64,000 bases of DNA from a virus: the IMG/VR virus record IMGVR_UViG_3300044632_001398, positions 10,302-74,301 of that record. One strand, 5' to 3'. This document shows, piece by piece, positions 38,297 through 48,001 of this stretch. Positions within the stretch are counted from its first letter, which is position 1, and every line of letters starts with the position of its first letter. The position numbers and the translations under genes were made by a program. The notes below the pieces were generated by a model, which did not search any database, was not told where the DNA came from, and saw only the letters and a list, made by a program, of their open reading frames with translations.

Positions 38297-41026
38297 ATGA
38301 AAATCTTAGCACACACTTGTTTTATTGGAACCACCGGATACGCAAATCATGCACGTTCCTTTTTTACTGCACTTAATAAACATCACACTGTAAAGGTTAG
38401 GAATTTAACTATTGGTAATGGTTGGAAAGGTATGAATGATACTCCACACGATGATGAACCATATATTACTGGTGAGATGAAGGACATGTTAATTCAACAA
38501 ACCCTTAATAATCAAGATGGTACGAGAACTGATTTCAATATGTATGGATATAAAGGTGATTTTACACCCGATGTTCATATTGTTTTAATGGAGACCAATA
38601 ATTATTATTTCTATGACAATTATGAAGGGTACAAGATAGCGTATAACGTTTGGGAATCAACACGTTATCCAGAAGATTTCTTTAGAAGATTATTTTATTT
38701 TGATGAAGTATGGGTACCAACTCAATGGCAATTTGATTGTTTAGTTGAACAAGGATACCCATCAGAAAAGATTTTTATTGTACCTGAAGGTGTTGATGTT
38801 GAAACATTTAAACCAATTAAAAAATCACTTAAAAAATCTACCACTAAATTTAGATTTTTATATTTTGGTAGATGGGATTATAGAAAGGGAACTACCGAGG
38901 TGTTAAAGACTTTTGGTGAAACTTTTAAGGATAGAACCGATGTTGAATTAATTGCGTCGGTTGAAAACCCATATCCATATGATGGACTCAAGAGTACGGA
39001 AGAAAGAGTTAAAACATATGGAATTGATGATACTAATATCAAGTTCATTAAATTCACATCAAGAGAAGATTATGTGAAATATTTACAAATGGGTGATGTA
39101 TTCATATCATGTGCTCGTAGTGAAGGATGGAATCTACCATTAATTGAGGCGATGTCATGTGGAACACCATCAATATATTCTAATTGGGGAGGACAACTAC
39201 AATTTGCAAAAGATAAAGGTATACCCGTTAAAATATCTCATTTAAGACCTGCCAACATAGAACATAAAGAATGGCCAGGTGAATATTGTGAACCAGATTG
39301 GAAAGATTTAGGTGAACAAATGTTAGATGCTGTTAAAAACTACTCAGAATATAAATCAAAATCAATAAAAGACTCAAAAGAAATTCACAAGAATTTTAAT
39401 TGGGACACAGTTGCAAAAGGGGCGTCAGATATATTAACAAGACATTCCAAACCGTTTGCATTTGTTACTACAGGTAATATGGGATATATGCCTGTGATTG
39501 AGAAATTAGTACAATCGCTATTAGAATTTTCAGAACAAAAGATAATTGTTTATGGAGTTGATTGTGAAGTTCCATTTGATTATCCAAATGTTATCAAAAG
39601 AACCATAAATCCATCAAAAATATCTGAACACGATAAATGGTATTGGAAACAATATGCTTGTTTAGAATCATTAAAAGAAGGATTTGAATACCTTATATGG
39701 ATTGACGGAGATGTTGTGGTAAATCATAATATAGATACTGTAAGAAAATATTTTAAACAAGTTGGAAGATATCCATTATCCGATATTCACGTTCAAGAAG
39801 AGTTCTTTGGGATGTATGATAATGGAACTAAATCACAATTGTTTAATGAAGAACTTGCAAAGAAATGGGGTATTGAAAAAAGACAACCATATATGCACGT
39901 TTGTTTCTTCATTTACAATAATGGGTCAGAAGCATTCTTTGATAGTATTTTACACACTTACAAAACATTAATGGTAGAAGAGCCAGAAAACTATAAGAAA
40001 TATTTCTTATGGAATGATGAAGGTATTGATAATGCAATTAGGTGGAAAAATGGATATACAAATCACTTACCACTATCAAACTTTGATACATCATCGTATG
40101 ATGGTGATGAAGGGTTTATTGATAAGACATTACATCAATTTTATAAGTTTTGGAATGAAGAAGGACCACAAAATTTTGATAGAATATTTGGTTATCAATA
40201 TATTCCTAAAGATAAATCTGATATAATCTATTTTCATGGAAATAAAAATGCTGAGATATCTGATAAGATGATTCAGTTTATTAAGATGCAAAGAGATAAT
40301 TCATTTTATAAATCAATGTGTTTTTATACGGATGTTTATAAATTAGAAAATTTTGAATCTCTATTTGAATATGAAGGTGGAACAATCGATGTAGCAAACA
40401 AGTTTGGTTGGGCAACTGCAATATTCCACGAGATTTTTAACTTAAGAGATTACTACCACAATAGAATTAAAAGAATACATGAAGGAGATATTGTAGTTGA
40501 TTTAGGTGGAAATATGGGGATATTCAATAGATGGGCATATAGTCAAGGTGCTAAGCGAGTAATTTCTTTTGAACCTGACAAAAGATACTTTAAATTGTTA
40601 TCATTAAATACGGACCCACGTTCTTTATTGTTTAATGGTGCAGTTAGTAATCAAGTAGGTGAATTAGAATTACATGAAAGTTCTCATTTAGGTGGATCTA
40701 ATGTTTTTGGAACACAGGAAAATGCGAAGAAATATAAGGTAAGAACATACACTTTAGATTATCTATTTGAGTGTGGTTTAATTGAACATATTGATTTTCT
40801 AAAAGTTGATATTGAGGGTGCTGAACATTTAGCATTTGGTGGAATTTCTGATGAGAATTTAATGAAAGTTAAAAACATCGCAATGGAGTATCACCATGGA
40901 CATTTTAATTACGATGAGGAACTTAGAAATAATTTCATCACTAAGATGAATAGTTTAGGATTTAATTCTTACTTGGTGTTTATGGGAAATAATAATGAAT
41001 TACAGATGATTTACTTCTGGAGATAA
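38297..41026 (+). CDS. Multidomain glycosyltransferase: GT4 + GT-A + FkbM-type methyltransferase
   Basis: TGYANH, WES, GRWDYRKG, SEGWNLPLIEAMSCG; WKQ..WIDGD..NDE..YFHG; VDLGGNMG, SFEP, LKVDIEGAE. Confidence 0.85.
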   Translation: MKILAHTCFIGTTGYANHARSFFTALNKHHTVKVRNLTIGNGWKGMNDTPHDDEPYITGEMKDMLIQQTLNNQDGTRTDFNMYGYKGDFTPDVHIVLMETNNYYFYDNYEGYKIAYNVWESTRYPEDFFRRLFYFDEVWVPTQWQFDCLVEQGYPSEKIFIVPEGVDVETFKPIKKSLKKSTTKFRFLYFGRWDYRKGTTEVLKTFGETFKDRTDVELIASVENPYPYDGLKSTEERVKTYGIDDTNIKFIKFTSREDYVKYLQMGDVFISCARSEGWNLPLIEAMSCGTPSIYSNWGGQLQFAKDKGIPVKISHLRPANIEHKEWPGEYCEPDWKDLGEQMLDAVKNYSEYKSKSIKDSKEIHKNFNWDTVAKGASDILTRHSKPFAFVTTGNMGYMPVIEKLVQSLLEFSEQKIIVYGVDCEVPFDYPNVIKRTINPSKISEHDKWYWKQYACLESLKEGFEYLIWIDGDVVVNHNIDTVRKYFKQVGRYPLSDIHVQEEFFGMYDNGTKSQLFNEELAKKWGIEKRQPYMHVCFFIYNNGSEAFFDSILHTYKTLMVEEPENYKKYFLWNDEGIDNAIRWKNGYTNHLPLSNFDTSSYDGDEGFIDKTLHQFYKFWNEEGPQNFDRIFGYQYIPKDKSDIIYFHGNKNAEISDKMIQFIKMQRDNSFYKSMCFYTDVYKLENFESLFEYEGGTIDVANKFGWATAIFHEIFNLRDYYHNRIKRIHEGDIVVDLGGNMGIFNRWAYSQGAKRVISFEPDKRYFKLLSLNTDPRSLLFNGAVSNQVGELELHESSHLGGSNVFGTQENAKKYKVRTYTLDYLFECGLIEHIDFLKVDIEGAEHLAFGGISDENLMKVKNIAMEYHHGHFNYDEELRNNFITKMNSLGFNSYLVFMGNNNELQMIYFWR

Positions 41027-41036
41027 AAAATATAAA

Positions 41037-43184
41037 ATGGGATATACACAATTTACTGAAGATGTTTTTATAGTTGACTGTTGGACAGACACAATAGAAA
41101 AAGAAAATACATTAATAGAGTTACTTAATAGACTAAAGGTTTATAATTCACCAATTATATTGTGCGGACATTATCCAATTAAACCTGAAATACAAAAGTT
41201 AGTTGATTATTATTTGTACGACGCTAACAATGATATATTATTAGAAAAAGATTTTGAAGAGTATGGTGTTAATAGTGATAGATGGACATCTATGGGTGAA
41301 TTGACTATTACTAACAAAACGGAATTCCATCACGACTATGCAATTTGGATTACTATGAAGAATGCATTTGCATTAGCTGAAAGATTAGGAAAAAAATATA
41401 TTCACTTTTTGGAGTTTGATAACTTACCAGATGAAGTACAATACCGACAATCTTTTATGGAATACGTTAGACATAACGATGCGGTTGTATACGAATATTC
41501 TCAAGGTTCAACTAAAGAAAGTAATCCATACAGTTCAACGTATATCTTCTCAATTAAAACGGATATTGCAAATAGATTAATTAATACAATTAATTCTAAA
41601 GAAGAATATTTTAAAGGTAAACCTGATAGATGGCAATTAGAGAAGGTATTCTATCAAACACTTAAGAGTATAACTAATAGTATTTTTATTAGTAAGTACA
41701 TTCCTAACGATAATGAATTGAATATATTTGCAGCGTGGAATAGAAACGGAATAATTAGAAATGGTGCGAGATTCCAAACATATTTAGCTGTTGATGAATA
41801 TAAACAATTGTTTATACATTTCATTTCGGGATTCTCAGAAAAACCTACAGATAAAGATTACATAGTTGAAGTCGTATGTGGTCAATATAAGAGATTTCAT
41901 TTAGTTAAGAAAGGAGAGTTCCATTTGGATAAAATCGGCGAATACATTAAAGGAGAAACTGTAAAAGTTTATTACCAAGGTATTGAAGTCTTCAAACAAG
42001 AATTAAAAGATGAATTTGAAGAGTTTAGAAGAAAGAATAAACTAACCAGAAACACCTTAATTAAAAAACCATCTAACCCAAATAAACAAACTATAGTACA
42101 TTTTGTTGACGGTCCTTATGTTGAAATTAAAGAAGAGGGAGATTTTTTATATAATGTTCAATTCATTAATAAAAAAAATAACACTATTGAGTTTGAAATT
42201 AATTTAAAGAGTAATCATTGGGCAAGATGTAATAAGAAATACTATGTTGATTGGTTAGTTAAGATAAAAGGTATTGATAATGACTATTACCACGAACACA
42301 GTTTAAATTTAGAGAATAGAAGGGTAATGATATGTTTTGAATCTAAATCTTTGGGAGATAATTTAGCGTGGGTACCATATGTTGAAAAATTTAGACAAGA
42401 ACATAAGTGTCATGTGATATGTTCAACATTTAATAATAATTTATTTAAAAGTGAGTACCCAAATATTGAATTTGTTTTACCTGGTAGTACTGTAGATAAC
42501 GTTTATTCACTTTATCGTTTAGGGGTATTTTATGATGATAAAAGAAAGATTGAGGAATCAAGACATCCAAATGACCCCAAAAAAGAACCATTGATGAAAG
42601 TCGGTTCGGATATATTAGGATTAAATTATGAGGAATTAACACCAAAATTACCAACCTATGGAAAAGATAAGAAAAAGTTAATATCAATCGCCACTCATTC
42701 AACGGCTCAAGCAAAATATTGGAATAACCCAACAGGTTGGCAAGATGTGGTTGATTATTTGATAGGTGAGGGATATGAAGTTAGATTATTATCAAGAGAA
42801 GAAGATGGGTATATGGGTAATAAGAACCCTAAAGGTGTGATTCAACAACCAAATGGACCATTAGAGGATATTATTAAGGTTTTACAGGAATCTGAACTGT
42901 TTATTGGTATTAGTAGTGGTTTAAGTTGGTTATCATGGGCATCTGGAACACCAACAGTTATTATTTCGGGTTTTACCGATGAAGATTTGGAACCAAAAAT
43001 AGGAGTTACACGTATTATTAATAAAGAAGTTTGTAATAGTTGTTGGTCTAATTATGAGTTTGACCCAGGTGATTGGAACTGGTGCCCTGTTCATAAAGGT
43101 ACAAAAAGACAATTTGTGTGTTCAAAAACAATCACTTCAAAGGATGTTATAGAAAAAATTCGTAAATTATTAGGAAAAAAATAA
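41037..43184 (+). CDS. Unknown N-terminal domain + TibC/AAH-like (BAHT) protein O-heptosyltransferase domain
   Basis: SKSLGDNLAW.PY..F..H.C, STAQAKYWNNP.GW, FIGISSGLSWL.WA..P.V.ISGFT, CNSCW..CP.H..CSK.I. Confidence 0.8.
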   Translation: MGYTQFTEDVFIVDCWTDTIEKENTLIELLNRLKVYNSPIILCGHYPIKPEIQKLVDYYLYDANNDILLEKDFEEYGVNSDRWTSMGELTITNKTEFHHDYAIWITMKNAFALAERLGKKYIHFLEFDNLPDEVQYRQSFMEYVRHNDAVVYEYSQGSTKESNPYSSTYIFSIKTDIANRLINTINSKEEYFKGKPDRWQLEKVFYQTLKSITNSIFISKYIPNDNELNIFAAWNRNGIIRNGARFQTYLAVDEYKQLFIHFISGFSEKPTDKDYIVEVVCGQYKRFHLVKKGEFHLDKIGEYIKGETVKVYYQGIEVFKQELKDEFEEFRRKNKLTRNTLIKKPSNPNKQTIVHFVDGPYVEIKEEGDFLYNVQFINKKNNTIEFEINLKSNHWARCNKKYYVDWLVKIKGIDNDYYHEHSLNLENRRVMICFESKSLGDNLAWVPYVEKFRQEHKCHVICSTFNNNLFKSEYPNIEFVLPGSTVDNVYSLYRLGVFYDDKRKIEESRHPNDPKKEPLMKVGSDILGLNYEELTPKLPTYGKDKKKLISIATHSTAQAKYWNNPTGWQDVVDYLIGEGYEVRLLSREEDGYMGNKNPKGVIQQPNGPLEDIIKVLQESELFIGISSGLSWLSWASGTPTVIISGFTDEDLEPKIGVTRIINKEVCNSCWSNYEFDPGDWNWCPVHKGTKRQFVCSKTITSKDVIEKIRKLLGKK

Positions 43185-43243
43185 AAACTATAAAATTAAT
43201 TGTAAAAATGGCAGTATTTATATGAGTATAACAACATACTCAT

Positions 43244-44467
43244 ATGAATATATTTGATCCATTTGTCTCAGGTAATCTCTCCGTATCAGGTTCGGTAAAT
43301 ATATCGGGCTCAATGACAGTAGGAGGAACGATTAACGCCACTATTAGTGGTACGACATCAGAAGCACTAAACTCACAAAAATTAAATAACCAAGAGTCGT
43401 CCTATTACGCTATTACGGGAAGTAACTTATTTAAGGCGAACCAAACAATTAGTGGTTCGATAATCCCCGCCGTTACTAATGCTTACGATTTGGGTGACGC
43501 AACACATTGGTGGAAGGACATCTACGTATCAACAGGGTCCATCTTCATTGGTGGAATTAAAGCTATCAGTACAAACTCCGATGGTACAATACAAGTAGGT
43601 ACTCAAGTTGTACAAACTTCAGCGAGTTTGGCTTTAGTAGGTCTTCCAGTTCCTCCAACAGGTTCTGCAGGATCAAGTCAAAGTACATTAGTAGGTAGTC
43701 AAAATATTACAGGTAGTCAAGCCATCACAGGTAGCATGTCTGTTAGTGGTAGTATGGTTGTAACTGGTTCATTGTTCATTAATGGAACATCATATACCGC
43801 AGCAACATCAGGAACATCTGGTTCTTCAGGTACTTCAGGTTCTAGTGGTTCATCAGGTACTTCAGGTTCTAGTGGTTCATCAGGTACTTCAGGTTCTAGT
43901 GGTTCATCAGGTACTTCAGGTTCTAGTGGTTCAAGTGGAACATCTGGTTCTTCAGGATCATCTGGTTCTTCAGGATCATCTGGTACAACAACGGTAACAA
44001 ATGCGTCCGCTGATCGTGTAATGACAAGTGAAGGTGGAGTAACTATAAATGGTGAGGCAAACTTAACATTTAACGGAACAACTTTATATGTAAACGGAGC
44101 GTTAGGTGTAGGAACATCAACACCAACAACAACAGGTTTGATTAGAGCAACAAACGACGTTATTGCTTATTTTTCATCTGATGAAAGATTAAAAGAAAAT
44201 TTTGAACCAATTGTAAATTCTTTAGAAAAACTACAACAAATTAATGGTTATAGTTTTGATTGGGTTCCTATGGAAGGTATTCACGAAAATGAAGGTCACG
44301 ATATCGGTGTTAAAGCACAAGAAATTGAGGCTGTTTTACCTGAATTAGTTACAACAAGAGATAATGGTTATAAAGCCGTGAAGTATGAAAAATTAGTAGC
44401 TTTATTGATTGAAACAAATAAAGAATTATTAAAGAGAGTTGAAGCTTTAGAATCTAAAATAAAATAG
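43244..44467 (+). CDS. Tail fibre/spike protein with Gly-Ser/Thr-Ser repeat and C-terminal S74 intramolecular chaperone
   Basis: SGS-rich beta repeats, YDLG..W..IY, (SG[TS])n tract, YFSSDERLKEN..W..G..AQE..PELV..Y..L coiled coil. Confidence 0.85.
   Translation: MNIFDPFVSGNLSVSGSVNISGSMTVGGTINATISGTTSEALNSQKLNNQESSYYAITGSNLFKANQTISGSIIPAVTNAYDLGDATHWWKDIYVSTGSIFIGGIKAISTNSDGTIQVGTQVVQTSASLALVGLPVPPTGSAGSSQSTLVGSQNITGSQAITGSMSVSGSMVVTGSLFINGTSYTAATSGTSGSSGTSGSSGSSGTSGSSGSSGTSGSSGSSGTSGSSGSSGTSGSSGSSGSSGSSGTTTVTNASADRVMTSEGGVTINGEANLTFNGTTLYVNGALGVGTSTPTTTGLIRATNDVIAYFSSDERLKENFEPIVNSLEKLQQINGYSFDWVPMEGIHENEGHDIGVKAQEIEAVLPELVTTRDNGYKAVKYEKLVALLIETNKELLKRVEALESKIK
43826..43933 (+). repeat. Four perfect 27-bp tandem repeats (SGTSGSSGS)
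   Basis: TCAGGTACTTCAGGTTCTAGTGGTTCA x4, flanked by degenerate units. Confidence 0.95.
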
Positions 44468-44478
44468 TTAAATTACTG

Positions 44479-44518
44479 ATACTCACCACGTCCTAAAAAA
44501 ATGTGGTGAGTATTTATA
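44479..44518 (+). terminator. Stem-loop after the tail fibre gene, overlapping a putative late promoter
   Basis: ATACTCACCAC-13 nt-GTGGTGAGTAT; the right arm overlaps AGTATTTATA. Confidence 0.5.
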
Positions 44519-44551
44519 AAGACATTTGTGTTTAAATTATAAGAATTAGTT

Positions 44552-44770
44552 ATGGGTACAGTACCAGCAACAGGATCAGAAGTAAGTATGGGTAGAATTA
44601 GTGTAGTTTTAGGTTTAGCAGCTACACCAGGACAAGTTCAAGTAGGACTTAACTCAACATTGGGTGTTGGTCGTAACCGTTCATATTCAGGTGTTGCAAG
44701 TATTCCTTCAGGTTCCGAATCAGAAGAAAGTGCGGATTTCGGTGGTTTATCGGGTTCAGGTACATACTAA
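44552..44770 (+). CDS. Small Gly/Ser-rich protein, probably fibre-associated virion protein
   Basis: MGTVPATGSEVSMG.I..DFGG pattern, directly after an S74 fibre gene. Confidence 0.5.
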   Translation: MGTVPATGSEVSMGRISVVLGLAATPGQVQVGLNSTLGVGRNRSYSGVASIPSGSESEESADFGGLSGSGTY

Positions 44771-44808
44771 TATTTCCTTTTTTCATTTATTTTTATTATA
44801 TTATACGT

Positions 44809-45252
44809 ATGAATCTTACGTATAAGAAATACCCCTCAAAATACGAATTAGAATACGTTAAATGGAACGGTATTAACTTTGATAGAGAAAGACTCATCAA
44901 GTTTGTTAAACGTCTCAAATTGACGTATTTTTTGTCTTTTATACCCTATTATAGAAGAGAACATCAAATGTTAACCGAAATACTTGATTCATACGATAAA
45001 GACCGTATTGAGGGTTTATTGAATGGGAATCAAGAAGTATTAAAAAGATGTCTTATTGAAAAATGGGCTAGAATTGCATCAACTGACATTCTATTAACAA
45101 ATACGTATTCAAGATTAACATTTACTACGATATCTAATTTACCAATCAAAGATTATCAACTCCTAATGAAAAGAGTTGAAGAGATGGTTGAGGCGGGAAG
45201 AAATTTAACATATCAAAGTAATAAAATAACAGATAACACACCCGGTACATGA
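44809..45252 (+). CDS. Hypothetical protein
   Basis: 147-aa ORF coupled to the next gene. Confidence 0.6.
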   Translation: MNLTYKKYPSKYELEYVKWNGINFDRERLIKFVKRLKLTYFLSFIPYYRREHQMLTEILDSYDKDRIEGLLNGNQEVLKRCLIEKWARIASTDILLTNTYSRLTFTTISNLPIKDYQLLMKRVEEMVEAGRNLTYQSNKITDNTPGT

Positions 45253-45884
45253 GTAAATCAATCAACAATAGTTCAATGTGGGAAGTAAAACCACTTAAAT
45301 TATCAATATTAGTTCCAACAAGAGATACAGTTCACAGTCAATTTGCTTATTGTTTAACACAGTTGTATAATTTAACAAGAGAGGCTGGTATAGATGCTTA
45401 TTTGTTCTTTGATTCCAGTACTATTTTATTAAATCAAAGGAACAATCTTGTTAAAAAGGCTAAGGAAGTAAATTCAGATTATATTCTTTGGTTAGATAGT
45501 GATATGACATATCCAGCAACCACAGCTCTACGTCTTTTAGAACACAATAAGGACATTGTTGCATGTAACTATAGTAAACGTACCAAACCACTTAAAACAG
45601 TTGCATATACCAATTTAAATGATTGGGACAGTTGGGTACATATGGAACCCCAAGATGAACTTGTTAAAGTTGAAGGTGTTGGTATGGGATGTATGTTAAT
45701 GAAATTAGATATTTTTGAAAAACTTCAAAAACCTTACTTTGAATTTAGATACAAAGAAGATACCCAAGATTATTTCGGAGAAGATTTTATACTGTTAGGT
45801 AAATTGAGAGAACAAGGATACGATGTTTTTATTGATACTGTTTTAAGTATGGATATAAAACATCTTGGTATCTACGCTTTTTAA
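45249..45884 (+). CDS. GT2-like (GT-A) glycosyltransferase
   Basis: ILVPTRD, QRN.LV, LWLDSDM, GMGCML, GEDF, H.G. Confidence 0.8.
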   Translation: MSKSINNSSMWEVKPLKLSILVPTRDTVHSQFAYCLTQLYNLTREAGIDAYLFFDSSTILLNQRNNLVKKAKEVNSDYILWLDSDMTYPATTALRLLEHNKDIVACNYSKRTKPLKTVAYTNLNDWDSWVHMEPQDELVKVEGVGMGCMLMKLDIFEKLQKPYFEFRYKEDTQDYFGEDFILLGKLREQGYDVFIDTVLSMDIKHLGIYAF

Positions 45885-46981
45885 AGTTTGTTCTTAATTT
45901 CTATTTTAAAGTTACCGATTTTATATTCTCCAACATCGTACTTAGGTAATGTTGCTCTTAATACGAACAATAAATTAAAATCATTATCAGTTAATTCATC
46001 AGCGTAAACCATTACATCAACATTATCAGTATCAATAAATTTTGATTTTAAATCGTATCGTGTATTTTTTTGTTCAAGTTCAATATATTCATCAGGACTT
46101 TCACCTAAATTAATTTTATTAAAGAAAGGTTCAATATCAAATAAACGACTTTTATTGTTAATTGTTAAACCCATTGTGTAAGTTTTAAATTCAAAATTTT
46201 CTTGATTTTGATAATTCAATTGATTAAATGTATGAATTGGTATTCCCCATTTTCTAACAAAGTTTCTATTTGATGCAAATTCAATATTACCACGATTATC
46301 TTTCATTTCTTCACTAAATCTTGATGTCTGCGAAACAAAATGATAAACAATTGCAGAATCACAAGTTTTTAATTTATAACCTTTTAGTTTCGCACGAATT
46401 AAAAAGTCATCATCTTCACAAAAACATGGTACAAAACTAAAACCATCAAAACCATTTAAATCTTGAAATACTTTCTTGTATGCTGACATGAAGAACACCG
46501 CACCATCATATAAATTATTACTTCCATTCCATTGTTGAACGTAGTTGTTAAAATGAAAATTATCAAAGTCCTCAAATGAACTTCCTAAATCTAATAATAC
46601 TTTACCTGGTCTTTGATGTCCTTTGAATATTGGAGGTTCAATTGTTGTGTAAGATAAAATCATATCATCAGTAAGAAGTCTTTCAATTGATTCTAAAAAT
46701 CCTTCACCAATAACCATATCATTATGAATAAGAACAATTTTTTCAGTATCAACTAAGTCTATACCCGCATTATATGTTTCTGAAAATGTTAATCTAGTAT
46801 CATCATGGAAAAACGATAGTTCATTATCTTCTAATGATTCCAACCATTCTTTCGTTCCGTCAGATGAACCACCACTACTGATAACTAATGGTGACGTAGG
46901 ATATATCTCACGTAATCTTTTATAACATTCTTTTGTTAATTCTAATTTATTGTAAACCGCCAGTACGAAACTTATATTCAT
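45881..46981 (-). CDS. GT2 glycosyltransferase
   Basis: AVYN, GSSDGT, IHNDM, GFD..F..CEDDDF..R, VYHFVS. Confidence 0.85.
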   Translation of the reverse strand: MNISFVLAVYNKLELTKECYKRLREIYPTSPLVISSGGSSDGTKEWLESLEDNELSFFHDDTRLTFSETYNAGIDLVDTEKIVLIHNDMVIGEGFLESIERLLTDDMILSYTTIEPPIFKGHQRPGKVLLDLGSSFEDFDNFHFNNYVQQWNGSNNLYDGAVFFMSAYKKVFQDLNGFDGFSFVPCFCEDDDFLIRAKLKGYKLKTCDSAIVYHFVSQTSRFSEEMKDNRGNIEFASNRNFVRKWGIPIHTFNQLNYQNQENFEFKTYTMGLTINNKSRLFDIEPFFNKINLGESPDEYIELEQKNTRYDLKSKFIDTDNVDVMVYADELTDNDFNLLFVLRATLPKYDVGEYKIGNFKIEIKNKL

Positions 46982-47436
46982 TTTATTATTTTTTTTATTA
47001 TTGGTCTATTTGTCACCCATATATAGTACTTATCTTCAAACTTTTTAATAAATTCATCTAAAAAATCTTTATTTGTAAAATAAATCCCATCAAATATATA
47101 AAATGATTCATTTCTTTTGTATATAAAATTATAACAATAGTTAATAAAATCTATTTTATTGTTATTAACCTCGTCAACAAAATGATTTATGGATTTCAAA
47201 GACATTTTAAATCCTTTTTTATTTACCATATCATTGATACTTTTTATAGGTAAATTTTTATCAACTGTAATTTGGTCTAAACTAACATAATAAGATTTAG
47301 GTATAGTTTTTAACACAAAACTTAAATTAGTTTTTCCGTCCATCGGTTCACCCGATACTATCATAAGTGTCGGCATTTTAGGTTTATAAAACCCTCTGGG
47401 TCTTATAAAGTGGTCTTCAATACTAATTATGGACAT
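46978..47436 (-). CDS. P-loop kinase-like protein
   Basis: IVSGEPMDGKT, SLD, IFDG. Confidence 0.6.
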   Translation of the reverse strand: MSIISIEDHFIRPRGFYKPKMPTLMIVSGEPMDGKTNLSFVLKTIPKSYYVSLDQITVDKNLPIKSINDMVNKKGFKMSLKSINHFVDEVNNNKIDFINYCYNFIYKRNESFYIFDGIYFTNKDFLDEFIKKFEDKYYIWVTNRPIIKKIIK

Positions 47437-48001
47437 ATAGTGGTTTATTTATTTTTTTAATAGTTCCGTGAGGATATTTTCTCAGGTATTCCTCAACAAA
47501 TAAACCATCAGATTGTTCATATGTAGTATCTAATTTTATATTTTTTGCCAAATCTGTTTTAGACATAAAATTACCAATATCAATAGCACCAAGTTTTGGC
47601 ATCGAGTTAATATGAAGATATTGTTGTTGCGTCCAATTATGTATCATATTACAATATACAAAATGAGTTTTATCGTCCACTGAATTTAAAAAATCATCTA
47701 CGAATACCGGCATATAATAATTATCGTCGCCAGTCATTACGACCCATTCTTCAGTTGCATTTTGTAATCCATAATTTCTTGGGGTATGCCCCCAATCTTT
47801 ATGTGGACCATTTAATTCTGTAAATCTTATTCTATCATCACCGTTAAAATAATCTTTTACTTTTTGATAACCATCATAAACAGCATCCGCAACAACGTGT
47901 ATTTTCCAATTAGGTGATGACTGAGAAAATATTGAACTAATGACACCCATCAATTGATTAGGTCTATTATAAGTTGGGATTATAAATTCTATTTTACTCA
48001 T
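47423..48001 (-). CDS. GT2 glycosyltransferase
   Basis: IIPTYNR, WGHTPRN.G, GDDNYY, D..F. Confidence 0.85.
   Translation of the reverse strand: MSKIEFIIPTYNRPNQLMGVISSIFSQSSPNWKIHVVADAVYDGYQKVKDYFNGDDRIRFTELNGPHKDWGHTPRNYGLQNATEEWVVMTGDDNYYMPVFVDDFLNSVDDKTHFVYCNMIHNWTQQQYLHINSMPKLGAIDIGNFMSKTDLAKNIKLDTTYEQSDGLFVEEYLRKYPHGTIKKINKPLYVHN

Noticed and set aside
43826-43933. 27-bp repeats as a CRISPR array
   Set aside because: No spacers; these are in-frame coding tandem repeats.
43782-43997. Alternative-frame ORF with VLQVLVVHQ repeats
   Set aside because: Frame shadow of the Ser-Gly repeat in the fibre gene.
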